DNA of 64,000 bases from IMGVR_UViG_3300042922_000643:62001-126000, one strand, 5' to 3'. Counted from the stretch's first letter, positions 28,201-38,386 are shown. Program-made: numbers and translations. Notes: generated from the sequence alone by a model not told the origin.

Positions 28201-31200
28201 CTTGGTCCAGTAATACTTACAACAGGTGAGTCGATTCCGTCTGGAGGTGCAATATCATTCCATGTAATATTTAGAAAGTTATCTTTTGTCCAGCCTGTGT
28301 CAAGGTTCGTATTCGTCACGACATTTGTTGTGGCTTCTTCTACTAGCAGACCTTTACTGGATACACTCGCTCCTGATCCTAGAGTCGCAGGCGCAGACTG
28401 TCTAATCTTAAAGTTCCGTAGGTACCCCTTAAAGGCATTATATCCGCCCCAAGCTGGGACGTTTGCATAGTAGTCATTGGCAAGATTACTAACCTGAGAT
28501 ACGTTCGATGTGTATGCTCCGTCAGCTCCAATGAATAATCCCGTACTCCATCGATTTACGATATCTCTCTGACGATATGTTACCCAGTCTCCATTACCAG
28601 GAGTTGTTTCTAAACTGACGTCTGCTAAGGCTGGAGTTGTTGCACTTAAAGCTCCATTAACATAAAGTCTCAGATATTGTTTATCATACGTCAGTCGAAC
28701 AGTATTCCATGTGCCTGCGGTAACGAGCGCAGAGCTTGTTGCTGAAATACCCCATCCATTATTATGATACTCTGCTGGTTCTTTAGCCGCGGCACCGACT
28801 GTGCCTATAAGGGCTCCAGTACTTGAGAGGCGTAGATTAAAGATGTATCTTGAAGCATAATTGTATCCTGAGTAAAAGCTAGCCAATGCATAGTTACCCA
28901 GAATGTCTGCTTTAAACTCAATCTCTACATCTAAGAACTTTGTCTTATCAAAGACTAGAGCTACAGGTAGTCCTCCTGTTTGTGTTCTCAAGTAGCAAGT
29001 ATTATTACCGTTAAAATAACAACCCTCGTTAGAGAATATTGGTGCATCGACTGGTAAGAAGAATTCACCATAGTCTTTTAGATAATTCTCAGTGAGAGTA
29101 GCTGTTGTAGAAACATACCCGTCAGTAGTACCATCAAAAGGATAATAAACAACAGGAGTATTTACTTTTGGACCCCGCTCATTGACCTCCCCCGTGATAT
29201 TAAGACTATTCTTCTTTAGTCTGCCAAGGACACCAGTCACTTTGATAGTATACTCTGAACCGTACACAGTTCCTGCTCCGTTTGTAGCATAGGCTCTAAT
29301 ATAATATGTAGTTCCAGAGGCTAAGTTTTTGATGTTCGATTTAAATATTCCCGTCCCTGTACGAGCACCTAATGATGAATATGTGCCAAGGGCAATAGTC
29401 GGAGCAGTAGCAGTACCCCATACATGGCCATGCTGTGTCACGCCGCCGCCTGTTGCGGTGAGACTCCCACTAATAGATATAGTATTGCCACGGGTTACAG
29501 GAGTTGATGTTGTGACTGTAGCACTAGAGTACGAAGTCGTTGCACTAGCATTAGCTGAGTTTGGACTCTGAAGCAAAGTAGTTGTAGTAGGCAGATAGGC
29601 ATAGGCAGTATATGCAGTGTTTGGCGATAGCCCTGTCCACGCGCTTCCCGTTGTCTTGGTTTGCCCATTACATACGATCATTGATCCCGCTGTAGATGAC
29701 CACACGACAGAAGAGGAAGTGATACTTGAAGATGTTGGCGTACTTGGCGCTGCCTGAGCAGCCTTAGCTGTGGTAAAGCTCAATTCAGGTCCATAGGATG
29801 TTCCGTATTGAGTCGTTGCGTAAGACCTAAAATAGTAAGTCGTCACAGGAGAAAGCCCTGTTGCTGAACTACTATATGCGATAGGGCCCGCCATAGCCCC
29901 TAGCGATGTCTTTGTGGTTAAGGCAACGGTAGGGGCTGTAGAGGTGGACCACACATGTCCGTACTGACTGACAGTGCCTCCATCAAAAGTCGTGACTGCC
30001 CCTGTAAGGGTCGAGGTACTAGCAGTTATGCTATTAGCTACGCCTGTCGTTAGCGTTGCAAGACCACTTTGAATTGTATAATACGTATCTAGTGGGCCGT
30101 TAACATTACCCGCATTATCATAAGATCTCCACTGGAAATGATATTTGCCAAATCCGTTCGTTCTATTGAAGGTATATGTATACTGATTACTGCTCCCAGG
30201 AGTTGTTACGTTCTCGGCCGACCAAGCTCCATAGGTCGATCCATTATCCGTACTCTTTCTCCACCAAGCTGATACTCTATTAATACCAGAACCTGCATCT
30301 GTAGAGGTGGCCGTTAAAGCTGCTGTACCTGTATTAGAAGTAGGACTAGTGGTAATGACATCGTTTGGTTTAGTTAAGCTCGGTACTGTTTTATCGTGGT
30401 AACAATAAGCTCGCTGCATAGTACTAACATTTCCTGCGTAGTCATAGGCACGGAAGTCTATGCCCCAGTTGCCCTCTTGTTCTGCTGCTGGGAATGTGTA
30501 AGTCACTGTGAACTGACCTGGTGCTACAGAGCTAGCATTTTGAATCGGATAGTATGTTGCATCAGGCCGTACCATATACACACTTACATATGATATGCCA
30601 ATTGCGTCAGTAACATTCAGTGCAGCAGCGGTAAATGTACCTCCTGTACTTTTATATTGCTGTGGAGAAACAGACCCAATGACTGGAGCTGTTGTATCTA
30701 CACCAAAGTAGTTATTTGAATAGTTAACATCCCCTGTTCCTGTAGACACGGAGTTGACTTGTCCAAAGTCATCCATAACCTGCATACGAACATAATATGT
30801 ACTGCCATTGGTCAGGATACCTGAAGGTAGCGTAAAGCTTCTAGCAGAGCTATCGTATACCCAACCTGTACCATAAAGGACTGCGCTATATGCAGAGTTA
30901 GCAATCTCTAGATTATACGCTGCTTGATATCCAGCGGCATCAGGGTCGCTAAAACTCCAAGTGAATGTAGGTGTTGTTGTTGGTATCCACGTGTTATTTG
31001 CTGGATAAGTAATTGCTGGAGGACTAGGAGCTGTATTGCTTCGTAATACGATGTAGTCTAGGTCGATGGTGACACCACCAGCTTCACCGACGTCGAACCG
31101 CCAGCCTGTAATATTGCCATAGGCAGAGTTCCACCGTACATGGTCACTCATATGAACTACAGTTGTAACCCAGCCACCTGTCCCTGTTAGCCAGTCGCTA

Positions 31201-31466
31201 AAAACAACTTGTACTTCTGTTGCCGAACCATAAGTACTGTTTAGAAAGTAGATTTGGAATCGTCCAATACCGACTCCAGCAGGTGCTTTCCATCTGATTT
31301 CCATAGCCTTATATGTATTCGGATCAAATGAGCCAAGGCCATTCATATTAATATATGGATCACCATGGGCGGTGGTCAGCGTTAATACACTACCACCAAC
31401 GGAGTAGGTAAATCCATAGTAACCATAGGGCATTGTATCAAAATTCTGGCGAAACGCTTCAGCCAT
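25299..31466 (-). CDS. Large tail fibre/receptor-binding protein with Ig/FN3, LamG and CBM-like domains
   Basis: DTTAP/DKTVP Ig linkers, two GHVW...YY.R.YAT FN3-like repeats, EEATTN motif, several LamG-like segments. Confidence 0.85.
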   Translation of the reverse strand: MAEAFRQNFDTMPYGYYGFTYSVGGSVLTLTTAHGDPYINMNGLGSFDPNTYKAMEIRWKAPAGVGIGRFQIYFLNSTYGSATEVQVVFSDWLTGTGGWVTTVVHMSDHVRWNSAYGNITGWRFDVGEAGGVTIDLDYIVLRSNTAPSPPAITYPANNTWIPTTTPTFTWSFSDPDAAGYQAAYNLEIANSAYSAVLYGTGWVYDSSARSFTLPSGILTNGSTYYVRMQVMDDFGQVNSVSTGTGDVNYSNNYFGVDTTAPVIGSVSPQQYKSTGGTFTAAALNVTDAIGISYVSVYMVRPDATYYPIQNASSVAPGQFTVTYTFPAAEQEGNWGIDFRAYDYAGNVSTMQRAYCYHDKTVPSLTKPNDVITTSPTSNTGTAALTATSTDAGSGINRVSAWWRKSTDNGSTYGAWSAENVTTPGSSNQYTYTFNRTNGFGKYHFQWRSYDNAGNVNGPLDTYYTIQSGLATLTTGVANSITASTSTLTGAVTTFDGGTVSQYGHVWSTSTAPTVALTTKTSLGAMAGPIAYSSSATGLSPVTTYYFRSYATTQYGTSYGPELSFTTAKAAQAAPSTPTSSSITSSSVVWSSTAGSMIVCNGQTKTTGSAWTGLSPNTAYTAYAYLPTTTTLLQSPNSANASATTSYSSATVTTSTPVTRGNTISISGSLTATGGGVTQHGHVWGTATAPTIALGTYSSLGARTGTGIFKSNIKNLASGTTYYIRAYATNGAGTVYGSEYTIKVTGVLGRLKKNSLNITGEVNERGPKVNTPVVYYPFDGTTDGYVSTTATLTENYLKDYGEFFLPVDAPIFSNEGCYFNGNNTCYLRTQTGGLPVALVFDKTKFLDVEIEFKADILGNYALASFYSGYNYASRYIFNLRLSSTGALIGTVGAAAKEPAEYHNNGWGISATSSALVTAGTWNTVRLTYDKQYLRLYVNGALSATTPALADVSLETTPGNGDWVTYRQRDIVNRWSTGLFIGADGAYTSNVSQVSNLANDYYANVPAWGGYNAFKGYLRNFKIRQSAPATLGSGASVSSKGLLVEEATTNVVTNTNLDTGWTKDNFLNITWNDIAPPDGIDSPVVSITGPSGGSGWYYSYGDYSPQADVTDYTISVYVKTEAPGQIQGLTAAAGENHGKWTNQIQVDPEEGWKRCVFNFVRTEVNNDTDSLDFVISIPSGKRMWLCAPQMEPRQFSTSYVIGSRSYPTASVTSIPFKPTAPISISLDYEVDSRTVTGSEQALFSFDNGSMDLNVLSLHQLGDGTFRLRSGTGLTNYKEVSAPVQTDGVHHFVVISMPTRLELWIDGVMMPGSYGGVAVPVIDATNIEYMRVGNGVNNNLIKNGSANLGDNTNFSSFVYVAGDSPDGQAGCLSRTSADSTVYSDEYIPVDPTRPYTLTGWFKGMAATSKLYYGVICFDKNKAVIPHNRVTHAGLTTLAQALKPGDTVVYLTSTTGWAAGTAGVYHYSKQFSWWITGNYQNYTYSDGTVGYVTLNTTAKTITLASAWTGTTLPVGTAVACSTDGGGYNYIAAGNVTVPTSWTQYTGTITGVGGGSGSLFRYGTRYVRLLFLINREGATTPTTRVGGMKFYDTSTNSSPANRPISNLAVYNRNLNTEEISALAKPKSSLKASGDLITKGIVEGPMGLQGGDLFYPLTVDSLDINHLNPPTTETNTIYDQNGVFIGASFKNLFYDVAPWTNNGGIITDVTLTEPGPIPNSKTWKFTKTGSASQWHGWEGPYGTLFTVTADSYVTVSGWYKTSAAAGVTAFTAAGLYTSDWTRAIFTTIAGDASIIADGQWHYFWRTSKASEAYTGALLVDGPSWGYSANAGELYINGVQWTNSTNLPYQNPSIPPNTTVGDSILKYTVPSIINANNDWTVGVIAKPNIWSMTTTTGNRFVPIAVGDYYVLGQSDACIGFKWGATATVASWQLVGYSNTATTYVSKYGSGSALSEQDYKDWALYVLKYNSTTDVMTAEIYGASGAIYTSNCTGQTMAGLNGIVRVGGYSWDEDCWDSYCKNLFIAPRLISTADLNAMWDTKMRFDKSGQTKVLGNIIEGQVL

Positions 31467-31499
31467 CTCTTCTCACCTCTCATCTATCTATGCAATATA

Positions 31500-31528
31500 G
31501 TTGTAACCAAAGGAAGTCACTTCGTCAA
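31500..31528 (-). promoter_or_regulatory. Candidate late promoter
   Basis: TTGACG-N17-TACAAC (GGTTACAAC) right after a terminator. Confidence 0.6.
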
Positions 31529-31554
31529 TAAGAAAAACCCTGCGGTAGCAGGGT
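31529..31554 (-). terminator. Rho-independent terminator
   Basis: ACCCTGC-TACC-GCAGGGT followed by TTTTCTT. Confidence 0.8.
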
Positions 31555-31560
31555 ATATTC

Positions 31561-34500
31561 TTATCCATACACAAAGTCTAGAGAATCCTCTGTGGAGTTG
31601 TAAGTCATTTCAAACTTATTGGCTACACGTACACCCTGAGCAGTATGTATTCGACCTGTACCTTCGATCTGGGCAACCTTGCCTGTGTTTGTAATGAATA
31701 CAAAACCTCGGTTAGTGCCGCCGCCTGCCATTTTGAAGTACATATTGTAGTCCGAGGTTGCTGCGCCTGTAACTCCCCCGCCCCAAGTTCCATCAGTAGT
31801 GCCTGACATCCAGATTTTGAACAGATCACTACCTGACCAGAACCTAACACCATATCCATTGACAGCATCGAGGTCAAACTCTGATGCTCTGACTCTACCA
31901 TTGACATGGAGTTTTTGAGCAATGGTTCCTGTTCCTGTACTGATCCCTACATTACCAGCCTGACCAATTAAGATTTCCCCTTGGTATGTTCTTAAAGCAA
32001 GACCATAGTAACCAGCAACTTGTACCGATGGACCACTACCCGTGGGGATCGTTAAGTTTGAGTTACCAATACCATACCAAGGAGAGTTGTTGACATTATC
32101 TGTATTGCCCTGGTTAGCTACATCAAATTTAGGAGAATAAATACTTGTGGTTACTACTGCTCTTGAACCCATCGTTACGATGCCTGTGAGAGTAGAAGTA
32201 CCTGCAACACTCAATGTGCTACTTAGAGTTGTAGCTCCTGATACGGTTACTGTTGACAAAGTAGTGTTTCCTGTAACTCCAAGCGTTCCGCCCACAGTAG
32301 TATTGCCTGGCATAGAGATTGCTGCGCTACCCCATCCACCATCATAACCCAGGGTTATAGTTCCTGCGCCCGAACGAATATAATCAACTCGATTACCAGA
32401 GTGAAGAAAACTTATAACTGAATAAGTGGCTGCTGTAAGCAGGAGAGTGCTGCCTACAGTTGAATAGTTTGTTGTGGTAGGAGAATAAGTAACGGTTGAG
32501 TTTCCGATACTTAGTCCACCATCTGATAAAATACCAGCTGCATTGGTACCAATCACAACACCGCCCTTAATATCAAGCGTATTACGTACAGTAGCTCCAG
32601 TAGCAATACCAACTCTACCTGATGAGTCAATACGTAGTCTCTCTGTACCATTCGTATAGAGGAGCGTTGTACCGTGAGTATACGCCGCATTAGCTCTACT
32701 CAGCTGGCCGATTTTCAGGATACCGTTTAACGCACCAGCAGTTCCAGGAACGTAGGACATTTCAACGGAGTAATCATAGTTGGGAGTTGCAGACTGAGCG
32801 GACTGTATAAAGAACTTTGCTTCAGCACTATTTCCTGAGATGAGCCATAGTCCTTGCCCATTATTCCATCCATGTAATTTAAGTGGTGTTTGACCAGCTG
32901 TAGCATTCATTATGAGCTCGCCGCCATTAATAGTCAGGTTGCCGCTATTTACCTGTGTAGAGCCACTAAAGAGGGCAGCGTAGGTAGCAGCTCCTTTGAT
33001 GGCATGCATAGCTGCCCAAACTCCAGCACCACTTGTATCTGCAAGAGCACGAAATTCAGTATCTTGAAGGCTCCCACTGTTTGGTGCATAAGAAACTCTA
33101 AAACTTCTAGCACTATTAGCTCCTGAGTTTCCATAGATATCAAGAGTTGCCGTAGGCGTAACTGCTTTACCAATAGCTACTTTAGAAGTATATGTGCCTG
33201 AGTCAGTACCTCCGATTATAATGTTACCTGTACCATACTCAAGACGCATACCATAGTTGTTTTTAGAACTGATTTGTCCAGCAAGCCCATTATCATTCCA
33301 AAGAGTAAGTGTAGCTTGACCAAATGTTGTAGGGTCTACTCCACCACCAACAACAGTAATACCTCCATCCGTTGTCGCAGCGCTACTATTAGACATACCA
33401 AAAGGTTTAAACGCTGTGAGTGCTCGTCCACGTTCCACTTGGAAAGCACTAAAGTACATAATCGTTCCACTACCACCAAGGTTCTGCACTTCAAATCGAA
33501 GATATCTAGCTGTTGCTGGTGCCTGTAAAGTGCCATCATATCGTTGCCATGAAGTCGCAACTGTCACGTCTGTCCCTACGACCTGGCTAATTCTAGTTTT
33601 GCTAGCATCATACCAGTTAAATATGAACTTCATGTTTTTAGAGGTTGTAGTACAGAAAGCATAGCTAGAGAATGTTACCCATTCATTGGGTGAAACATCA
33701 TAGTAATAAGTGTGGTGCGCCCATGCACCAGCACTAGTAGAACTAACCTTAAGTGATCCATATGCGCCTGTACCAGTAGGAGTTTGCGCCGCATCGAAAG
33801 CTATTGTGCCGCCGCCTAGACTCCATTTTGCCACTGAACCACTGGCCATTAATGGATCGGGGAATTCATTCGCACCAATTCCTTTAAGCTCACCTTGAAC
33901 TTCTAGGTCCTTATTGATTGTGACATTCTGACTGAACGTAGGTGTACCTACAATGGAGATAACGTTGCCAGCGGCATTACCCAAATTCACGTTACCGTTT
34001 AGGTAAGTAGACCCTGTAATAGTAGCTCCACCGTTCATAGCCACTGCTCCTACGAAATTCGATGTCGTTCCTACCCATAATGCTTGCTGGATTGCTAATC
34101 CTGCGGGGTCAATAGCTACACGCAGAGTTGAAGATGCTCCCCCACTGTTCGTATAAAATTTATGACCACTGTGTGAGTCATACCAGATGTTTGCAGTCTC
34201 CATACCAAATGCATACACGTTGTTATAAAGTTGGATTTTTGTTCCTGTAGAAGCAGTAGATCCTGTAGGAGGGGCTTCCCCTGGCGCTCCTACGAACGTT
34301 AATTTATTAGGGGTTACACCACTTCCCATAGTGACATCGCCATTAAAAAAAGCGGTATCTCCTGCGAGTCCTTGAGCATATTTAATCGCTGCTCCTAGCC
34401 CTGATTTTGGATCAACATATGTACCTCTAGAGAACTTCTGTTCAGCACTGAAATAGTTCCCAGATGAAACTGTCTGTGAAGTATTTAGTAAGAATACATT

Positions 34501-34695
34501 GGTTGAAAGTCTACCGTCAGCTATAGTTCCGATAGTAATATTCGTACCATTAAGTGTATTCAGTCCAGAACCATTACCTGATATAGTACCCATAACATTT
34601 AGGCTTCCTGCGATAGGCTGAGTTCCTGTTGCGGTCTTGCTTACAAAGGCACGATTTAAATTATCTTTATCAAGAAGTTGCCCCTGAATAATCAT
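31561..34695 (-). CDS. Long tail fibre protein
   Basis: GNGSGLNTL, TNGTERLRIDSSGRVGI and GNVGI...KLHVNG fibre repeats; CBM-like insert; C-terminal FEMTYNSTEDSLDFVY. Confidence 0.85.
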   Translation of the reverse strand: MIIQGQLLDKDNLNRAFVSKTATGTQPIAGSLNVMGTISGNGSGLNTLNGTNITIGTIADGRLSTNVFLLNTSQTVSSGNYFSAEQKFSRGTYVDPKSGLGAAIKYAQGLAGDTAFFNGDVTMGSGVTPNKLTFVGAPGEAPPTGSTASTGTKIQLYNNVYAFGMETANIWYDSHSGHKFYTNSGGASSTLRVAIDPAGLAIQQALWVGTTSNFVGAVAMNGGATITGSTYLNGNVNLGNAAGNVISIVGTPTFSQNVTINKDLEVQGELKGIGANEFPDPLMASGSVAKWSLGGGTIAFDAAQTPTGTGAYGSLKVSSTSAGAWAHHTYYYDVSPNEWVTFSSYAFCTTTSKNMKFIFNWYDASKTRISQVVGTDVTVATSWQRYDGTLQAPATARYLRFEVQNLGGSGTIMYFSAFQVERGRALTAFKPFGMSNSSAATTDGGITVVGGGVDPTTFGQATLTLWNDNGLAGQISSKNNYGMRLEYGTGNIIIGGTDSGTYTSKVAIGKAVTPTATLDIYGNSGANSARSFRVSYAPNSGSLQDTEFRALADTSGAGVWAAMHAIKGAATYAALFSGSTQVNSGNLTINGGELIMNATAGQTPLKLHGWNNGQGLWLISGNSAEAKFFIQSAQSATPNYDYSVEMSYVPGTAGALNGILKIGQLSRANAAYTHGTTLLYTNGTERLRIDSSGRVGIATGATVRNTLDIKGGVVIGTNAAGILSDGGLSIGNSTVTYSPTTTNYSTVGSTLLLTAATYSVISFLHSGNRVDYIRSGAGTITLGYDGGWGSAAISMPGNTTVGGTLGVTGNTTLSTVTVSGATTLSSTLSVAGTSTLTGIVTMGSRAVVTTSIYSPKFDVANQGNTDNVNNSPWYGIGNSNLTIPTGSGPSVQVAGYYGLALRTYQGEILIGQAGNVGISTGTGTIAQKLHVNGRVRASEFDLDAVNGYGVRFWSGSDLFKIWMSGTTDGTWGGGVTGAATSDYNMYFKMAGGGTNRGFVFITNTGKVAQIEGTGRIHTAQGVRVANKFEMTYNSTEDSLDFVYG

Positions 34696-34710
34696 CTCTT
34701 ATCACCCTTT

Positions 34711-36447
34711 CTAATAGCTCACTTTATAGATTCCCTTAGGCCAAAATGGGCTATTGGAATAGTACCATGCTAAGATCTCATCGCTAGTTCGCGCTATCTT
34801 GTCGATCCTTAACTCGTCGAAGATATTATTACCCGTATTCTGACCATCAGCCGAGCCGACTGTTAGTATGGAGATTGGAGCTACTACACCGCAAGTTCCT
34901 TTCTGAATGCCGTTGACATACAGCCTTGTTTCTAAGGTGTCGAAGACCACGGCTACATGACTCCAAGTAAACGCAGTAATATCGCCAGGAGATAAGGCTA
35001 TATCTGTGCCTGCTACTCTAAGTCTATAATAATTCTCCGACACTCTCTTCCATAGAATGAAATTATCACTATAGGGACTCTGCCCCATTACCCAATTTAC
35101 AGAGGCTATGTAGTCATCTGTTACTCGTGGCTGCACCCAGAAGGAAATCGTAGAGGGCCTAGTTATCGAAACGGGGTAGTACAATCTTCCATTTGCCCGA
35201 GTTCCATTTACGAAAGAAGTAGCGAAACTCTTTGTCTCCATCTGAGGTTGATAAGCAAAAAAGTCTAGAGAATCTGCCACGGCAGGAGTATGAAACCTGA
35301 TCTGCCGATTCGATGTGCCATTGCTTGTACCGCTACTTTTCTTATATATCCATCCCATGTCTTTCGTGATCGTTCCCGACAATCCATTGATTTGATTAGA
35401 AAGAATTAAGGAAGTAGAACTATTATTCTTAACCCATAAAGATGCTGTACAGGGAACTGAAGCAGTACCAGGACCTACATCCCCGTAATATTTAAGAACA
35501 CTGGTTCCTCCTGAAGCTTGAATGCGGGTTGCATTATTTCCACCGAAGGGATCTGGGTACCCTTGTGTTACTTGAACACTAGATCCGCTGAATGTATTCC
35601 ATCCTGCAAAGGTTGTATTTGGAGCAAGTAGATTGGTTGTCGCTTCTTCTACCGCAATACCTCCACCGTAATATCCTTGTGGACTTAGTGTACTCACTTG
35701 AACTCCTGAGGTCCACTTGGGATTTGTGATCACACCTGCATTTCCTCTTAAAGAGTAGTCTACAGCAAAAGATCCACTCCCCTCATTGAGTTTCCAATAA
35801 CCTACAAGTCCAGGTTCATCCCCTTTAAGTTCAGCAACCATGTCTGTTTGAATCTGATTTTGAGATCTTGCAGTCCTCCACATCATTAGTCTACTTATAG
35901 ATCCATTCCAGTACTGGCTAGTGAGCCTACGTCCGATATTGATGAAGCTGGAACTTGGAAGATTATTAGAGTGCTTTGGCCCACTAAATACTAGAACACC
36001 ATTTTTATACGAGTATACTTTTGTTCCATCACATACCAAAGCGATGTGATCCCACTGAAGACCATCATGGTCGAAGAGGATTGTACCACTAACAAAACCG
36101 CTATCGGTATACCAACGATAGCTAGTTGTAGTATTATCCTTTTCTATCCGAACAGCGGTACCATCTACTCCAGTATCAAAGGTTAGGATATCCGACCATC
36201 CTACGGGGCTATTGTGTTTGATCCAGAAAGAGATCGTAAAAATACTTGACCACATTAGTAGGTTAGGAATTCTCATATAAGAATCGCCTACACCTACGTT
36301 TAAAGCATAAGGATAACCTATAGGTTGTATTCCGCTCAGTACATCATTTTCATTCACGTCGTAATGGGCAAGGAATATAGTATTTTCATCTACGGGAATA
36401 ACCTTATTCTTTAGAGGGAGATTTTGCTCTATATGAGACTGCGTCAT
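34711..36447 (-). CDS. LamG/concanavalin-like and CBM-like virion protein
   Basis: PGLVGYWKLNEGSG, EEATTNLL, QMETKSFATSFVNGTR, FDELRID. Confidence 0.85.
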   Translation of the reverse strand: MTQSHIEQNLPLKNKVIPVDENTIFLAHYDVNENDVLSGIQPIGYPYALNVGVGDSYMRIPNLLMWSSIFTISFWIKHNSPVGWSDILTFDTGVDGTAVRIEKDNTTTSYRWYTDSGFVSGTILFDHDGLQWDHIALVCDGTKVYSYKNGVLVFSGPKHSNNLPSSSFINIGRRLTSQYWNGSISRLMMWRTARSQNQIQTDMVAELKGDEPGLVGYWKLNEGSGSFAVDYSLRGNAGVITNPKWTSGVQVSTLSPQGYYGGGIAVEEATTNLLAPNTTFAGWNTFSGSSVQVTQGYPDPFGGNNATRIQASGGTSVLKYYGDVGPGTASVPCTASLWVKNNSSTSLILSNQINGLSGTITKDMGWIYKKSSGTSNGTSNRQIRFHTPAVADSLDFFAYQPQMETKSFATSFVNGTRANGRLYYPVSITRPSTISFWVQPRVTDDYIASVNWVMGQSPYSDNFILWKRVSENYYRLRVAGTDIALSPGDITAFTWSHVAVVFDTLETRLYVNGIQKGTCGVVAPISILTVGSADGQNTGNNIFDELRIDKIARTSDEILAWYYSNSPFWPKGIYKVSY

Positions 36448-36449
36448 TA

Positions 36450-38309
36450 TTATGCCTCCCCGCTATAGTCCAAGTAGTTATAAAATGGAGCATTACTCTG
36501 GTACCAGGCTAAGACTTCATCATCTGAAGCCCAAGTTGTGTCGATACGTACTTCACTAAATAGACCATTTGTAGGAATTGACGTGGATGACATATAGTCT
36601 TTACCTATAGAAATAGGATAACCTCCGTAGTCTAATACTGGAATTGCTCCTTCAACCTTCATCGTGTTTCGGATTCCATCTTCTTTAAAGACATCAATAG
36701 AAACTTGAGTAGCCTTCCATCTCGCCACAATGAATACCCATTTTTCAACTTCAAGTATGTTAGAAGTATAACCTGAAGAGAACACAGAGCCTGCTACTCC
36801 TGGCATTCCGTATTCAAAATACAATTGATTCGTACCATTCATCTTGGTAATACTCCAACCATTGAATCCATTAGCCCACCTACCTGCTCGTAGAATTACT
36901 GAGAAGCCAGCAAAGATGTTGTTTGGTTTAAACCAGAGGGCTATTGTCCCTTCCTGCTGTCCAATTAGTGGAGAACTATTATACACTAGGGTGCCGCCTG
37001 GTCTAGAGCCATCTACAAAAGATGTAGCAAAGGCTTTTTGTTCAAGCTGTAGTCCTTCAATCTCAATCCAGGACCCTGCCGTATCCCCAAATCCACGAAC
37101 ATAAATATTTGCTCGTGTAGCTCCCGCTGGAGCAGCTGTAGTGAATACGAGCCTCTCGAAGCTGTTAGATTGAGATACAGGGTTACCTGCTACGTCGCCT
37201 CCGATTGAAGCACCTGAGGTGTCCATCCACCTTACTTGGATTAATCCTTTCCCCGCGTGGCTGGATTTAACGTACGCAGATACCGTATAAGTTGCGCCAG
37301 CTATAATTCCTGTTACGGCCTGAATAAAATACAGCGTAGCACTATTCCCAACCGCAGTTATATCAATTCTCTGTATATTGCCTGGAGTGTTCACTCCTGA
37401 TTTAGTCATACGTGTGAATACTCTTCCAGCATCTATTCCATCTCCTGATATCCCGACGGAATAACCTTCTGCTGCTCCGTCTAGATTAGAATCCAGGAAT
37501 ACTGGATTTGTCATTAAATTCGTAGTCGCTTCTTCTATTGCTATAGCTCCAGTAAACTTTCCATCTGTTCGAAGAGTGGCAACAGATCTTCCGTGAGTCC
37601 AGGTACCTGATCCAATAATTATGCCATCATTACCAAAAGAGGAGTGATCACATACTACTGGTCCACCTCCTTCGTTTAATTTCCAGTGGGCAATCAGGCC
37701 TGGTTCTCTTCCTGTTAATTCTGTATTCATTAAGAGCGCTATCTGAGAGGCGGTTCTAGGCATATTCCAAATTCGGATATCTGATAGCTGTCCATTGAAA
37801 AATTGGCCTGTATCTCGTTTGCCAATCCACGCCCCAGGGTTACTCCATGAGTTTACAGTTGTATACGTTGTTTCAACTCCGTTAATAAAGCAGCTGGGAA
37901 TCCCTGTGTTATCATAACTTACAGCAATATGGTTCCACTCACTGTTAATAAAACCTGTAAGATTGGCAGTCCTATTGGCTACAGGACTCATGATGAGGCT
38001 ATTCCCTCCAAAGAACCCAATGGCAAATCCTTGGGGATTCGTAATCATGAGAACACTAGCGGTGGTAATCGTCCACTTAACCCATAACTCAACTGTCATA
38101 TTTGTAGATATACCAAAGTCCTTTATCTCAATATGGGTCCCTGTCCCATCGAATTTGAGCGAACCCATCTCACCATATGGGGATACTTTACTTCCTTGGT
38201 TTAGTCCATAAACTTTGTTGTCATAACTTGCATGAAGGATAGTGCTTTTATTAATAGGCATACTTTGCCCCTTGGTTGCTAGGGTTTGCCCAATATGTGA
38301 TTGTGTCAT
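36450..38309 (-). CDS. LamG and CBM-like virion protein (tandem paralogue of 34711-36447)
   Basis: Same MTQSHI start, PGLIAHWKLNEGGG, EEATTNL, QLEQKAFATSFVDGSR. Confidence 0.85.
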   Translation of the reverse strand: MTQSHIGQTLATKGQSMPINKSTILHASYDNKVYGLNQGSKVSPYGEMGSLKFDGTGTHIEIKDFGISTNMTVELWVKWTITTASVLMITNPQGFAIGFFGGNSLIMSPVANRTANLTGFINSEWNHIAVSYDNTGIPSCFINGVETTYTTVNSWSNPGAWIGKRDTGQFFNGQLSDIRIWNMPRTASQIALLMNTELTGREPGLIAHWKLNEGGGPVVCDHSSFGNDGIIIGSGTWTHGRSVATLRTDGKFTGAIAIEEATTNLMTNPVFLDSNLDGAAEGYSVGISGDGIDAGRVFTRMTKSGVNTPGNIQRIDITAVGNSATLYFIQAVTGIIAGATYTVSAYVKSSHAGKGLIQVRWMDTSGASIGGDVAGNPVSQSNSFERLVFTTAAPAGATRANIYVRGFGDTAGSWIEIEGLQLEQKAFATSFVDGSRPGGTLVYNSSPLIGQQEGTIALWFKPNNIFAGFSVILRAGRWANGFNGWSITKMNGTNQLYFEYGMPGVAGSVFSSGYTSNILEVEKWVFIVARWKATQVSIDVFKEDGIRNTMKVEGAIPVLDYGGYPISIGKDYMSSTSIPTNGLFSEVRIDTTWASDDEVLAWYQSNAPFYNYLDYSGEA

Positions 38310-38357
38310 GATATCACCCGCTTACATAGGAATAGGAGGGATTTTGTCCCTCCTTTA

Positions 38358-38386
38358 GTCGTAACCTATATGATCTTTCTGTGCAA
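38358..38386 (-). promoter_or_regulatory. Candidate late promoter followed by a leader hairpin
   Basis: TTGCAC-N17-TACGAC (GGTTACGAC); downstream AGGAGGGA/TCCCTCCT hairpin. Confidence 0.55.
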
